A DNA stretch of 63,530 nt, the filler included, from an uncultured Clostridia bacterium (GTDB lineage Bacteria > CAYTYR01 > UBA6262), in the NCBI GenBank assembly GCA_964441745.1. It is 3 parts of 3 records of this genome, joined end to end, with 100 filler letters (N's around TTAATTAATTAA, not from the genome) between each part and the next. Parts side by side here need not be neighbours in the genome. Positions count along the whole stretch, not along the records: positions 1 to 11,463 come from CAYTYR010000010.1; 2 more parts are not named here. One strand, written 5' to 3'. The position numbers and the translations under genes were made by a program. Of the stretch, positions 1 through 10,605 are shown piece by piece; position 1 is the stretch's first letter; each line of letters begins with the position of its first letter. The notes under the pieces are model-generated. The model worked only from the letters and a program-made list of their open reading frames with translations, was not told where the DNA came from and searched no databases.

Positions 1-73
1 TTTTAGCGCATCCACCTACCAAGAATAGAGCTAAAACCATTAAACAACCGCTTAACCATAGCTTGTTTTTCAT
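1..73 (-). CDS. Lipoprotein, N-terminus only (runs off window start)
   Basis: Manual translation MKNKLWLSGCLMVLALFLVGGCAK: basic N-region, hydrophobic core, lipobox-like VGGC; GGAGG RBS at 79-83. Confidence 0.7.
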   Translation of the reverse strand, partial: MKNKLWLSGCLMVLALFLVGGCAK

Positions 74-124
74 AATTTCCTCCTTTTTAATTACTTACTA
101 AATCTAAATTTAACAGTCTTTTAT

Positions 125-152
125 ATTATACAACCGCCAAACATAAAGTCAA
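125..152 (-). promoter_or_regulatory. Sigma70-type promoter TTGACT-N16-TATAAT for the lipoprotein gene
   Basis: Near-consensus -35/-10 hexamers just downstream of the uvrA stop. Confidence 0.6.
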
Positions 153-153
153 G

Positions 154-2943
154 CTATAAAAACTCTTTCAAATATTGCCCGGTATATGAATTCTTCTCTG
201 CGGCTACCTCTTCCGGCGTTCCGGCAATGATCAACTGCCCGCCGGCCTCTCCTCCCTCTGGTCCCAAATCGATGATCTGATCAGCGGTTTTAACCACATC
301 CAGATTATGCTCGATGATCAAGACGGTATTGCCTTTAGCCGTTAACCGATGCAAAACCTCCAGTAACTTATGGATATCGGCAAAATGCAGCCCAGTCGTT
401 GGTTCATCCAGGATATAGATTGTTTTGCCGGTACTGCGCCGGCCCAATTCTGCCGCTAATTTAACCCTTTGCGCTTCCCCGCCGGACAAGGTGGTAGCTG
501 ACTGGCCCAGCTTGATATACCCCAGCCCAACATCAAAGAGCGACTGCAAAGACCGGTGGATCTGGGGTATCTTTTCGAAGAAAGATAAAGCTTCTTCTAC
601 CGTCATCGCCAATACTTCAGCTATGGTTTTTCCCTTAAATTTAATTTCCAGCGTTTCCTGGTTAAACCTCGCTCCCTTACACTCTTCACACTTAATATAG
701 ACATTAGGCAGGAATTGCATCTCTATTTTAATAACCCCGTCTCCCTGGCAAGTCTCGCATCTGCCACCCTTGACATTAAAACTGAATCTTCCCGGTTCAT
801 ATCCCCTGGCCCGGGACTCAGGCAGTTTGCTGAATAATTCCCTGATCGGAGAGAATAAACCTGTATAAGTAGCCGGATTAGAACGTGGCGTCCGTCCGAT
901 TGGGGATTGGTCAACCATGATCACCTTATCGATCAGGTTCAGTCCCTTGATCGCGGTGAACTTGCCTGGCTTTTCCTTGGCGTTTCCTAATTTTTGGGCC
1001 AGGGCTTTGTAAATAACTTCATTTACTAACGTGCTTTTGCCTGAGCCGCTCACACCGGTGATACAGACAAATAGTCCTAATGGTATCTTGATGTCGATAT
1101 TTTTTAAGTTAAAATGGCTCGCCCCGATTATTTCCAGATATCTGTTTCCCGGTTTCCGCCTTTCCGCAGGCAGAGGGATCTTTATTTTGCCGCTTAAATA
1201 TTTACCGGTAAGAGAATCATTACAGTTTAAGATCGCCGGCAGTGGCCCCTGGCAGACGATCCTGCCCCCGTGTTCACCGGCGCCTGGACCAAGATCTAAA
1301 ATGTAGTCTGCTTTTTTCATGGTATCCACGTCATGTTCTACGATCAAGACAGTATTCCCCAGCCTTTTTAGTTCTTCCAGGCTGTTTAACAAGCGGGCGG
1401 TATCACGGGCATGCAGGCCGATCGTCGGCTCATCCAGGACATACAATACGCCAACCAGGCCGGAACCGATCTGGGTAGCCAGTTGTATCCGCTGGGCCTC
1501 TCCTCCGGCTAAAGTATTCGTCTCCCGGGCTAAAGTAAGGTAATCCAGGCCGACATCCAGTAAAAATTTCAGCCGGGCTTTTATTTCCTTCAATATCTGC
1601 TGGCTGATCTTTTGTTCTTTTTCACTCAAGGACAGGGTCTGAAAAAACTCCATGCACTGCCTGATAGATAATAAGACAACATCAGCGATCGATTTGTTCC
1701 CGATCTTGATGCTTAAAGCTTCCGGGCGCAGGCGCGCGCCTTGGCACGCCGGGCAAGGATGGGTCATCATATACTTATGGTATATTTCCTCCCGTACAAA
1801 ATCACTTTCTGTCTCTTTATAACGCCGCTGCAGATTAGTGATCACCCCTTCAAAAGTGCCGGCGCTATCACCAGATAAGATAATATCCTGTTTTTCCGGT
1901 GAAAGTTTTTTAAAAGGCGTTTCCAGCGAAATCCCGTACTTTTTTGATACCCCCGCCAGCAACTCGAAATACCAGTTATTCCAAGCTCCTTTCCAGCGGT
2001 GCCGCTTGGTAGTGATCGGCTGGCTCCACGGGACCAAAGCCCCCTCATAAATGGATAAGTTCCGGTCCGGGACCACCAGGTCAGGATCCACCTCGATCTT
2101 ATGCCCTAACCCGGTACATTCTGGACAGGCGCCCTGAGGCGCATTGAAAGAGAAAAACCGCGGCATTATTTCCGGCAGGCTGATGCCGCATTTTTGACAG
2201 GCATGATGTTCACTATAAACCTGGTCTTGTCCCGCTATATTGACCACTACCATGCCCTGGCCAAGCTTCAGCGCTGTTTCTACGGAATCCGCGATCCTGC
2301 TTTTTGAGCCTGGGGATACTTCGATCCGGTCCAGTAATACCAGGATATCATGCTTCTTCTTTTTATCCAGTTTGATGTCTTCTTCCAGGGCATATTGCTT
2401 ACCATCGATCCGGACCTTGAGATATCCTTCTTTGCGCACCCGCTCAAATAAATCCCGGTACTCTCCCTTGCGACCCTGCACCAGCGGAGACAGTATCTGG
2501 ACCTTAGCGCCAAAAGGAAGTTTATTGATCTGGGTGATGATCTGCTGGGCGGTTTGCGGTTGTATCGGTGAGCCGCATTGCGGGCAGAATGGCTTGCCGA
2601 TGCGGGCAAAGAGCAGACGCATATAATCATAGATTTCAGTGGTCGTCCCTACCGTGGACCGCGGATTGTGCGACATGGCTTTTTGCTGGATCGCGATCGC
2701 TGGAGACAAACCTTCAATATAATCAAGATCGGGTTTGTCCATTTGTTCCAGGAACTGGCGGGCATAGGCGCTTAATGATTCCACATAACGCCGCTGTCCT
2801 TCTGCGTAGATAGTATCAAAGGCCAACGATGACTTGCCTGAACCAGACATACCGGTGATCACGACCATCTGGTTCCGTGGTATTTCCACATCAATATTTT
2901 TTAAATTGTGCTCTCTGGCGCCTTTAATGATTATCTTGTCCAT
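154..2943 (-). CDS. uvrA: Excinuclease ABC subunit A
   Basis: GAREHNLKN start, two Walker A motifs ([16 protein letters not shown]), zinc-finger CxxC pairs, LAGGEAQR and LSGGEAQR signatures. Confidence 0.98.
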   Translation of the reverse strand: MDKIIIKGAREHNLKNIDVEIPRNQMVVITGMSGSGKSSLAFDTIYAEGQRRYVESLSAYARQFLEQMDKPDLDYIEGLSPAIAIQQKAMSHNPRSTVGTTTEIYDYMRLLFARIGKPFCPQCGSPIQPQTAQQIITQINKLPFGAKVQILSPLVQGRKGEYRDLFERVRKEGYLKVRIDGKQYALEEDIKLDKKKKHDILVLLDRIEVSPGSKSRIADSVETALKLGQGMVVVNIAGQDQVYSEHHACQKCGISLPEIMPRFFSFNAPQGACPECTGLGHKIEVDPDLVVPDRNLSIYEGALVPWSQPITTKRHRWKGAWNNWYFELLAGVSKKYGISLETPFKKLSPEKQDIILSGDSAGTFEGVITNLQRRYKETESDFVREEIYHKYMMTHPCPACQGARLRPEALSIKIGNKSIADVVLLSIRQCMEFFQTLSLSEKEQKISQQILKEIKARLKFLLDVGLDYLTLARETNTLAGGEAQRIQLATQIGSGLVGVLYVLDEPTIGLHARDTARLLNSLEELKRLGNTVLIVEHDVDTMKKADYILDLGPGAGEHGGRIVCQGPLPAILNCNDSLTGKYLSGKIKIPLPAERRKPGNRYLEIIGASHFNLKNIDIKIPLGLFVCITGVSGSGKSTLVNEVIYKALAQKLGNAKEKPGKFTAIKGLNLIDKVIMVDQSPIGRTPRSNPATYTGLFSPIRELFSKLPESRARGYEPGRFSFNVKGGRCETCQGDGVIKIEMQFLPNVYIKCEECKGARFNQETLEIKFKGKTIAEVLAMTVEEALSFFEKIPQIHRSLQSLFDVGLGYIKLGQSATTLSGGEAQRVKLAAELGRRSTGKTIYILDEPTTGLHFADIHKLLEVLHRLTAKGNTVLIIEHNLDVVKTADQIIDLGPEGGEAGGQLIIAGTPEEVAAEKNSYTGQYLKEFL

Positions 2944-2955
2944 AATTTATCTTTA

Positions 2956-3117
2956 AAATTCTAAATCCTAAACAAAACCTAAGCCCTAAATTCAAATTTC
3001 AAAACACTACCCCATTTAATTTTGAGCAGGCGATATTGTTTACCTGTCCCCGCGTCTTTGATTTGTACCTTAGTACAAATCAGCAGGGGAGAGTTTAGAT
3101 ATTAGGATTTCGGATTT
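2956..3117. repeat. Empty heptamer-array inverted repeat (AAATYCT family) with a nested palindromic insert at 3043-3090
   Basis: Left arm aaattct-aaatcct-aaac..., right arm ...gtttagatattaggatttcggattt; same family as 9342, 14853 and 21892. Confidence 0.75.
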
Positions 3118-3895
3118 ATGCCTTCCCTATCAGTTCTTCGATCTTCTTTAATAATACTTGTGGTTCAAAAGGTTTAGTCATATAGGCGTTTGCCCCCAAT
3201 TGCCGGCCAAGGTTCCTGGATTCATCAGCACTGCGGGCAGTCAACATAATGATCGGGATATTTTTATAATTATTATCAAATTTGAGCATCCGGCATACCT
3301 TAAATCCATCTATCACCGGCAATACCAGGTCTAAAAGGATCAAATTGGGTACAACCTGATGCACCAGGTCTAAGCCAGTTTTTCCATCATGAGCCATAAA
3401 CACATTATAGCCATTGGCTTCCAGCCGGATTTTCAACATCCTGGCTATAGGCACTTCATCATCAACTACGACAATCTTTTTGCGGTTATCAGTTTCCAGC
3501 GGCACCTCTTTGGCCTGGGATTCCCCCAGCAGCTGTTCGGTCATATAGACAATAATATCCGCTGCCGCCGGTTTTTTCACATATTTGGCGATCCCCAGGT
3601 CCTGTGCCTCCAGTAAAGCATCCTTTTCATTTTCATCAGACAAGATCAGGATCGGCCAGTTTTTAGTGCGCTCGGTTGTTTTCAACCGGCGTATTACTTC
3701 CAGCATGCTGATGACCGGTATTTTATCATCGATCACCACCACATCAAAAGTATGTTCGGCAGTCATGATCTCATAAAGCCCGCGTTTGCCGTCACCGCTT
3801 ACGGTCACTTCAAAATTATTGGTATTGAACTTGGCTTTAAGCTCTTCCCCCAGCTCATAGTTATCACTTAAGATTAAAATACTTTTATTAACCAT
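3116..3895 (-). CDS. Tandem receiver-domain response regulator (REC-REC)
   Basis: Second domain canonical (VVVDDE, LLDLVLP, MLTA, KPF); first domain atypical (ILSDN, IDDKIP, KKP). Confidence 0.88.
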   Translation of the reverse strand: MVNKSILILSDNYELGEELKAKFNTNNFEVTVSGDGKRGLYEIMTAEHTFDVVVIDDKIPVISMLEVIRRLKTTERTKNWPILILSDENEKDALLEAQDLGIAKYVKKPAAADIIVYMTEQLLGESQAKEVPLETDNRKKIVVVDDEVPIARMLKIRLEANGYNVFMAHDGKTGLDLVHQVVPNLILLDLVLPVIDGFKVCRMLKFDNNYKNIPIIMLTARSADESRNLGRQLGANAYMTKPFEPQVLLKKIEELIGKA

Positions 3896-3906
3896 TTACG
3901 ACCTCT

Positions 3907-3986
3907 GCGTAAAGCGTATGGCGTATAGCGTATAGTAAATAATCACAAGTTTTTCCTATACGCTGAACGCTACCCGCTATCCGCTA
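3907..3986. repeat. Heptamer-array inverted repeat (GCGTATA family)
   Basis: gcgtaaa-gcgtatg-gcgtata-gcgtata ... ctatacg-ctgaacg-ctacccg-ctatccg; close sibling at 32398-32478. Confidence 0.85.
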
Positions 3987-3989
3987 CTT

Positions 3990-4355
3990 TTATTTTAAAA
4001 GTTTCCTGATCTTTTCCATTAATATTGCCGGCTCGAACGGTTTGGGCATATAATCATCCGCACCGGAGATCACTCCCAGGTCATTGGCTTGTTCCTCTGC
4101 TTTCACTGACAGCATTATCACCGGAATGTTCTTGAGAAATGGATCTCCCTTCAGCCGGCGGCATACTTCGAATCCATCCATTTTCGGCATCATGACATCC
4201 AGGATGATCAAGTCAGGCTTATACTGCTGGACTTTGGCTAAGCCTTCTTCACCGTCATAGGCGATATCTGTCTCATAACCAAAAGATTCCATGCGTATCT
4301 TTAGCAGTCTGGTGATCTGCTTCTCATCATCAACGATCAGTATCTTCTTTTTCAT
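3990..4355 (-). CDS. Single-domain response regulator receiver
   Basis: ILIVDDE, ILDVMMP, MLS, KPF motifs. Confidence 0.93.
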   Translation of the reverse strand: MKKKILIVDDEKQITRLLKIRMESFGYETDIAYDGEEGLAKVQQYKPDLIILDVMMPKMDGFEVCRRLKGDPFLKNIPVIMLSVKAEEQANDLGVISGADDYMPKPFEPAILMEKIRKLLK

Positions 4356-4365
4356 AGGGTTCCTT

Positions 4366-5820
4366 TTACAAAGGACGATCTTGCAAGTTGTTGTGAGCGA
4401 ATTCCAGCAATTCTTTCGACTTATTTTGATTGTCCGGATAGACCGCCTTGCCGATTTTTAACCAGGGTTTTTTGCCTTTGATCAGGACTTCGGCTTTATG
4501 CAGCGACTCGATGATCCTGTGCTCCACTGCCTTGACCCCTTCTGCATTAGCTTCAGGTAAAATTACGATCAGTTCCTCTGCTTCAATGATCACTTTGTCA
4601 TACGGGCGGCGCACGGTACGGCTGATCACCTGTTCAATCTTTTTCAGTTCCATTTCTATTTCAAAACCAGCCAGGTCTTTAAAATTTTCAACCTTGATGA
4701 CCATTACTGAAAACTTGGACTGGTAAATATAGGCTGTTTTGATCACTTCTTCCATGACCAGCGTCAGGTAATTCTTATGCTGGCGTTCTTCCAGGAACAA
4801 TTCATCTTCAGACTTTATTTTTATTTCTGACTCTTTCTGTCCGGAATAGCAGGGCAAAGTAAAGGTAAATTTACTTCCTTTACCTAATTCACTATGCACA
4901 GAGATACTCCCGCCATGGGCTTCGACCAGGCTTTTGGCAATAGACAATCCCAAACCACTGCCGCCGCTTTGCCTGGTGAGATGAGAGCCGATCTGGTAGA
5001 ATTTTTCAAAGATCCTGTCCACTTCTTCCTTCGGTATACCCAGGCCCGTATCCGCCACGCTGACTTCCACAAAACCCTCAACCTGGTCACTCTCTCTCAT
5101 TGGTATTCTTGCACTCGAAGCCACCGTGATCCGGCCGCCTTCACTGGTAAATTTAATGGCATTGTCTATCAGGTTAGTCACAACTTGCGTTATCTTGTCA
5201 GAGTCGCCAAATATCTTGGGCAGGTTCCGGGAAATATCAAATTCCAAGGCTATCCTTTTATCCTGCATTGTGCCTCGATAGCCATCCCTTAAATTTTCCA
5301 GCAGTTTATTCACATCAACTTCTCTTTTTGCCAGCTGCAACCGGCCAGCTTCGATGCGGCTGACATCCAGCAGGTCACTGATCAGGCGGCTTAAACGGCT
5401 GGCACCGTCCAAGGCCATATTCAGGCATTCTTTTTGCATCTCGTTCACTGGGCCAGTGGTCCCGTCCAGGTTTAGCCTGATGCCTTCTTTGATAATAGTC
5501 AGCGGCGTCCGTAATTCATGACTGACCATGGAAACAAATTCACTTTTGGTCTGGTTTAAGCGGCGCAATTCATTCGTCTGCTGGTTAAGCCGTTCATACG
5601 CAAAACTTAACTCATCATTCGCCGCCAGCAATTCAGACTGGGCTGCCTGCAACTCTTGCTGGCTGACCGTCAATTCTTTATTCTTTACTACACAGAGGTT
5701 ATCGCTTTGGCGCTTACGCCAGTAACCTATAGCCAGCAAAATTATCACTGAAAAGATCAGTAATAATAAAATGATCAGCAAATACACATTGATTGGCACA
5801 GTCACCGGTTCTCCCCCCAA
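4366..5820 (-). CDS. Membrane sensor histidine kinase with C-terminal degenerate GGDEF-like domain
   Basis: N-terminal TM helix, H-box [30 protein letters not shown]; tail resembles a GGDEF fold lacking GG(D/E)EF. Confidence 0.9.
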   Translation of the reverse strand: MGGEPVTVPINVYLLIILLLLIFSVIILLAIGYWRKRQSDNLCVVKNKELTVSQQELQAAQSELLAANDELSFAYERLNQQTNELRRLNQTKSEFVSMVSHELRTPLTIIKEGIRLNLDGTTGPVNEMQKECLNMALDGASRLSRLISDLLDVSRIEAGRLQLAKREVDVNKLLENLRDGYRGTMQDKRIALEFDISRNLPKIFGDSDKITQVVTNLIDNAIKFTSEGGRITVASSARIPMRESDQVEGFVEVSVADTGLGIPKEEVDRIFEKFYQIGSHLTRQSGGSGLGLSIAKSLVEAHGGSISVHSELGKGSKFTFTLPCYSGQKESEIKIKSEDELFLEERQHKNYLTLVMEEVIKTAYIYQSKFSVMVIKVENFKDLAGFEIEMELKKIEQVISRTVRRPYDKVIIEAEELIVILPEANAEGVKAVEHRIIESLHKAEVLIKGKKPWLKIGKAVYPDNQNKSKELLEFAHNNLQDRPL

Positions 5821-5842
5821 TTAAAGTGGGTTTAAAGCTATT

Positions 5843-7438
5843 TCAGAGGCTTAGCAGCGTATCTTTCTGCCATTGTAAATCATTTCTTTCAGGATAGTCA
5901 ATAGTATAATGCAAACCGCGGCTTTCCTTGCGTTTGATCGCTGATTTAATGATAATTTCCGCTACTGTGGCAATATTGCGCAACTCCAGCAAGTCACTGG
6001 TAATAATAAAATTCCAGTAATATTCGGCAATCTCCTTTTGTAACATCTCAATCCGGCGTTTAGCCCGGGCCAGGCGTTTTTCTGAGCGGACAATGCCGAC
6101 ATAGTTCCACATTAACCGTCTGATCTCATCCCAGTTATGCGTGACCATGATCGATTCGTCGCTTTCCACGGCCTTGCCGCTGTCCCAAGGTTTAACCGGA
6201 GGGAAGGAAACTTTACTTCGCACATCCAGGATCGCATCTTGCGAAGCGTTATGCGCATACACCATTGCTTCCAGCAAGGAGTTACTGGCCAGGCGGTTAG
6301 CGCCATGCAAACCAGAATGTGCCACTTCCCCAATAGCATAAAGCCGGTCAAGAGTTGTCCGGCCGTTCATATCAGTCATAATACCGCCGCACATATAATG
6401 AGCCGCCGGAGCCACCGGGATAGGCTGTTTTGTCAGATCAATGCCAAAAGACTTGCACTTTTTGTATATATTAGGGAATCTTTTCTTAATATAAGCGGCT
6501 GGTTTATGAGTAATATCTAAATAGACGCACTCATTACCAGTTCTCTTAAGCTCTGTATCGATCGCCCTGGCCACTATGTCCCGCGGCGCCAGATCTTTTA
6601 AGGGATGATATTTTTTCATGAAGGCCGTGCCGTCTTTCAGCCTGAGGATACCGCCCTCGCCGCGGACTGATTCGCTCACCAGGAATGATTTTGCCTCTGG
6701 GTGATAGAGACAGGTCGGATGGAATTGGATGAACTCCATATTGGCGATCTTCGCTCCCGCGCGATAGGCCATGGCTACGCCATCTCCGGTCGCTGTATCA
6801 GGATTACTCGTGAGCAGGTACACTTTCCCCGCTCCTCCGGTAGCCAAGACCGTTATCTTGGACTGGAAAGTAATAACTGCTTTTTTAGCAATATCCAGGA
6901 CATATGCTCCCCAGCAAGTATTATCATTCGTGTTTTTGATCAGGTTTATAGCCATATGATCTTCAAAGATGCTGATATTCTTTTCCCGTTTGACCCGGGC
7001 CAGTAATTTTTCTTCGATCTCCCGGCCGGTCAGATCCTGGGCATGGACAATGCGGCGCTTGGAGTGGCCGCCTTCCCTGGTCAAGTCCAAATGCTCCTCA
7101 TCTTTATCCCAGCGGGTAAATTTTACGCCATATTGCAACAGTTCGCGGATACGTGCCGGCGCGCTTTTGACGACCATAGCCACGACATCCGGATGACAAA
7201 GGCCAGCGCCAGCGATCAAGGTATCTTTAATATGCATTTGGAATGAATCCTCACTGCTCAACACCGCGGCCACACCGCCCTGGGCATAAAACGTGGAAGA
7301 TTCAGTAGCCTGTTTCTTGGTAATAATGGCTACCGTACCATGCCGAGCCACTTTCAGGGCAAACGACAGCCCCGCCACCCCGCTGCCAATGACGAGAAAA
7401 TCAAACTGTATTTGTTTAGGCTTGAGTTTTTTGCTCAT
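5843..7438 (-). CDS. nadB: L-aspartate oxidase
   Basis: GSGVAG FAD motif, [32 protein letters not shown]. Confidence 0.96.
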   Translation of the reverse strand: MSKKLKPKQIQFDFLVIGSGVAGLSFALKVARHGTVAIITKKQATESSTFYAQGGVAAVLSSEDSFQMHIKDTLIAGAGLCHPDVVAMVVKSAPARIRELLQYGVKFTRWDKDEEHLDLTREGGHSKRRIVHAQDLTGREIEEKLLARVKREKNISIFEDHMAINLIKNTNDNTCWGAYVLDIAKKAVITFQSKITVLATGGAGKVYLLTSNPDTATGDGVAMAYRAGAKIANMEFIQFHPTCLYHPEAKSFLVSESVRGEGGILRLKDGTAFMKKYHPLKDLAPRDIVARAIDTELKRTGNECVYLDITHKPAAYIKKRFPNIYKKCKSFGIDLTKQPIPVAPAAHYMCGGIMTDMNGRTTLDRLYAIGEVAHSGLHGANRLASNSLLEAMVYAHNASQDAILDVRSKVSFPPVKPWDSGKAVESDESIMVTHNWDEIRRLMWNYVGIVRSEKRLARAKRRIEMLQKEIAEYYWNFIITSDLLELRNIATVAEIIIKSAIKRKESRGLHYTIDYPERNDLQWQKDTLLSL

Positions 7439-8373
7439 CCTGCCACCATATTATCGATCAATCGTGTTTTGCCGATATAAACAGCCACGGCAATTACAAC
7501 TTTTCCTTTGAGCAACTTTACCGGTTCAAGAGTTTCCGCATCCACAATCTCAAGATAATCAATCCTTCGACTTCCCCGGGGTATGCTCAGGATTAATACT
7601 GAGCGGCGCTTTTGACTGCGGCCTAAATGCCGCAGCTTAGCGCCGTCGAATGTATCAACCTGCGCCAGCAAATTACTTTCAATAACATTCCTGATCTCTT
7701 GCTTGATCTTATTTGCATCTTTCACTTTGCTCTTGATCATGGCCTTAGCGACTTTAAGAGCTTCATACAAACAGGTCGCTGACTTTCTTTCCTCAGGGTT
7801 CAAATACTGGTTACGCGAGCTCATAGCCAATCCGTCTTGCTCGCGGATGATCGGGCAAGCTACAATTTGAACTGCTATATTTAAATCTTGCAGCATCTGC
7901 TTAATGACTTGCACCTGCTGGTAATCTTTTTGCCCGAAATAGGCGTTGTCTGCCGGCACTGCGTTAAACAATTTATTGACGATCGTAGCCACACCGCGGA
8001 AATGCCCTGGACGCGACGCTCCGCACAGTCCCTGGGCAATTTTGCCCACTTCCACATAGGTCTGATATCCTGCCGGATACATTTCTTCTACGCTGGGATT
8101 GAAAATAACATCTGCTCCGGCACTCTTAGCCAAGCGCACATCTTTCGCCAAAGGTCTGGGATATTTTTTAAAATCTTCTTTTGGACCGAACTGCGTTGGA
8201 TTGACAAAAATGCTTACCACTACTAAGTCGTTTTCTTTGGCTGCCCTGCGAATCAGGCTCAAATGCCCCTCATGCAGCGCCCCCATCGTCGGCACGAAAC
8301 CTATCTTCTTGCCAGCTTTCTTGGCAGCAGCTACATATTTTTGCATTTGTTTAATCTTTTTTATACTCTTCAT
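7435..8373 (-). CDS. panC: Pantoate--beta-alanine ligase, carrying a 32-aa in-frame insertion
   Basis: [41 protein letters not shown] motifs. Confidence 0.96.
   Translation of the reverse strand: MKSIKKIKQMQKYVAAAKKAGKKIGFVPTMGALHEGHLSLIRRAAKENDLVVVSIFVNPTQFGPKEDFKKYPRPLAKDVRLAKSAGADVIFNPSVEEMYPAGYQTYVEVGKIAQGLCGASRPGHFRGVATIVNKLFNAVPADNAYFGQKDYQQVQVIKQMLQDLNIAVQIVACPIIREQDGLAMSSRNQYLNPEERKSATCLYEALKVAKAMIKSKVKDANKIKQEIRNVIESNLLAQVDTFDGAKLRHLGRSQKRRSVLILSIPRGSRRIDYLEIVDAETLEPVKLLKGKVVIAVAVYIGKTRLIDNMVAG
7563..7653. mobile_element. Palindromic MITE-like element inserted in frame in panC
   Basis: TCCTTCGAC...GCTCAGGATTAATACTGAGC...GTCGAATGT, flanked by ATCAA direct repeats (7558-7562, 7654-7658); sibling at 28638-28715. 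Confidence 0.8.
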
Positions 8374-8443
8374 AGGCCCTTCGGCGATTTCGCGGATTTT
8401 AAAAACGATTACGCGAATATATTAGTAACAGCGAGCCAAAACA

Positions 8444-9337
8444 TTATTTCAAGTACTTGTCAAAAAAGCTGACCACTCTTTTCTCATACTCTCTCGGCCA
8501 CAAGCTTCGCGCTTCCAGGTGATCCGCCTCCGGCGCTAGCCACAACTGCTTCGGCTCCCCGGCTGCCTTAAACAGCTCTTTCTGATTTTCCAGCGGTATC
8601 CGTTGATCCCTGTACCCGCCGATAATAAAGACCGGACGCGGTGAGATTTTTCCGATATATTTTGTGGCATCTGCTTTCCCGGCATTAAAACCGGCACGTA
8701 ATTGGGCGAACCAGATAGCTGGTGGGACAAATGGATACTTAGGCAATTTATAGAATAACTTGGCAAACCTGGTTACTGTTCCTGCAAAAGAAGCAAACCC
8801 GCTGTCTGCCACCACCGCTTTGATCCGCTGGTCATTAGCTGCGCCGATAATAGCTGTATTAGCTCCCATGGAGCAACCAAGCACGCCGATCTTGTTCTGA
8901 TCAATATCTTCGCGGGTCATTAAGTAATTAACTGCGCCAGCCAGGTCCCTGGTCTCGTTATAGCCCAGGGTACATTGCCCCTTGGTCTGGCCGTGCCCGC
9001 GGAAATCAAAGACTAAAACATTATACCTGTGGTGATGCAGTATTTCCGCGAAATTCAGGACATCACTTTTATTAGCGCCATAGCCATGCAGGACTATGAC
9101 TGTCGGCCTGTTTTTGGCGCCTGGGATAAAAAAACCGTTGGTCTTGATACCATCGGTAGAGGAAAAGGTCACATCTTCATAAGGCATCTCAAATGCTGAA
9201 GGCTTGGTATCCAGGTCATAGCGCTGCGGGACCAGGATCAGCCGTGACGCGCTCCATCCCCAGATTACCGTCATGGCAACGATAACCACTACTATGGAAA
9301 CCCAAACATTAACATGTATATTTGTAATATTATTCAT
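8444..9337 (-). CDS. Membrane-anchored alpha/beta hydrolase
   Basis: N-terminal TM, LHGYG, FDFRGHG, nucleophile elbow GCSMG, C-terminal Asp/His. Confidence 0.88.
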   Translation of the reverse strand: MNNITNIHVNVWVSIVVVIVAMTVIWGWSASRLILVPQRYDLDTKPSAFEMPYEDVTFSSTDGIKTNGFFIPGAKNRPTVIVLHGYGANKSDVLNFAEILHHHRYNVLVFDFRGHGQTKGQCTLGYNETRDLAGAVNYLMTREDIDQNKIGVLGCSMGANTAIIGAANDQRIKAVVADSGFASFAGTVTRFAKLFYKLPKYPFVPPAIWFAQLRAGFNAGKADATKYIGKISPRPVFIIGGYRDQRIPLENQKELFKAAGEPKQLWLAPEADHLEARSLWPREYEKRVVSFFDKYLK

Positions 9338-9341
9338 TTTA

Positions 9342-9804
9342 AAATTCTAAATCCTAATATCTAAATTCTAAACAAATCTAAATTTCAAATATCTAAATTT
9401 AAAATTACTTTGATTTTTCAACTATGGAGCCAAATATTTTCATTAGTTCTGTTGCTTCTTGCATTATTTGTATTTTTAGAGCTTCTTGATCTATGAGCGG
9501 CTCACTCAGAGTTATCCAATATCTACTTTCTTTTGCTTCCTTACGAGATATCTTAATACGCATTATAAAATCTTTTCTACTCAAGGCCTCATTAGCTTCA
9601 ATATAATTAGCCCCTACCGAAGCAGCTGATCTAAAAAGCTGCTTAGCAATTTCTATGTTTGAAACGGTTCTTGGAAGACAATTAACATAGTTAGCAACTT
9701 GTTTAGTAAATTGCATTGTCCTGGGTTCTAAATCATACTGTTTTGGGTTTCGAATTTCATTCATTTGGATTTATTTAGGATTTCGATATTAGAATTTAGA
9801 GTTT
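9342..9804. mobile_element. Four-helix-bundle gene cassette bounded by 42-bp heptamer-array inverted repeats
   Basis: Arms 9342-9383 and 9763-9804 match at 36 of 42 positions as an inverted repeat (manual alignment); AT-rich gene between them. Confidence 0.7.
9405..9764 (-). CDS. Four-helix-bundle protein (23S rRNA intervening-sequence protein family)
   Basis: QL.RSA.SVGANY.EA, SRKDF, KISRKEAKES.YW motifs typical of this family. Confidence 0.9.
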   Translation of the reverse strand: MNEIRNPKQYDLEPRTMQFTKQVANYVNCLPRTVSNIEIAKQLFRSAASVGANYIEANEALSRKDFIMRIKISRKEAKESRYWITLSEPLIDQEALKIQIMQEATELMKIFGSIVEKSK

Positions 9805-9807
9805 GCG

Positions 9808-10605
9808 CTAATAACTGTGTTTTTTGTCGGGGAATTTGCCGGATTCCACTTCTTGTTTATACTGCTTGAACGCCTGCAGCATCATCTTCCCCACCTCCGC
9901 ATATTTCTTCACGAATTTCGGCTTAAAATCCGGGAACAGTCCCAGCATATCGTTAGTCACTATTACCTGTCCGTCGCAATATTTACCTGCGCCGCAGCTG
10001 ATAGTCGGTATATCCAGACTTTCAGTGATTTCTTTCGCCAACTGCCAAGGGACACTTTCCAGCACTATGGAAAAAACGCCTGCTTCCTGCAGCAACAAGG
10101 CGTCCTCTTTTAATCTCTCCGCCTGTACTTTCTCCCGGCCTTGCACTTTGTATCCGCCCATCTTATGCACTGCCTGGGGAGTCAATCCGATATGCCCCAT
10201 GACCGGGATATCAGCGTCCAGCATCGCCTTGATCGTCTTGATCATTTCCCGTCCACCTTCGATCTTGACTGCCTCAGCGCCGCCTTCCTTGAGGAACCGT
10301 CCCGCATTGCGCACTGCCTCGCTGGGCTTGATCTGGTATGAAAGATACGGCATATCCGCAACTAACAAAGAAAGCTTATTGCCTCTTTTCACTGCCTTGA
10401 CATGATGCAGCATTTCTTCAATTGTCACCGGCAATGTCGTCTCATAGCCAAGCACTACCATCGCCAGGGAATCCCCAACCAAAAGGATATCAATGCCAGC
10501 TTCATTCATCAGCCTGGCCGTGGGATAATCATAGCAAGTGAGCATGGATATTTTTTGTTGCGCTTGTTTTTTAGTTTGTAAGGTTGTAATCGTTACTTTT
10601 CCCAT
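9808..10605 (-). CDS. panB: 3-methyl-2-oxobutanoate hydroxymethyltransferase
   Basis: MLTCYD, LVGDSL, ADMP, VKIEGG, GHIGLTPQ, PKFVK motifs. Confidence 0.97.
   Translation of the reverse strand: MGKVTITTLQTKKQAQQKISMLTCYDYPTARLMNEAGIDILLVGDSLAMVVLGYETTLPVTIEEMLHHVKAVKRGNKLSLLVADMPYLSYQIKPSEAVRNAGRFLKEGGAEAVKIEGGREMIKTIKAMLDADIPVMGHIGLTPQAVHKMGGYKVQGREKVQAERLKEDALLLQEAGVFSIVLESVPWQLAKEITESLDIPTISCGAGKYCDGQVIVTNDMLGLFPDFKPKFVKKYAEVGKMMLQAFKQYKQEVESGKFPDKKHSY

Noticed and set aside
2944-3115. LexA/SOS box upstream of uvrA or pcrA
   Set aside because: No CTGT-N8-ACAG or GAAC-N4-GTTC match found; the uvrA upstream palindromes belong to repeat elements
9405-9764. Diversity-generating retroelement, suggested by the Avd-like fold
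   Set aside because: No reverse transcriptase and no TR/VR pair in the window; the 274-bp repeat copies differ at only two positions and neither lies in a target ORF
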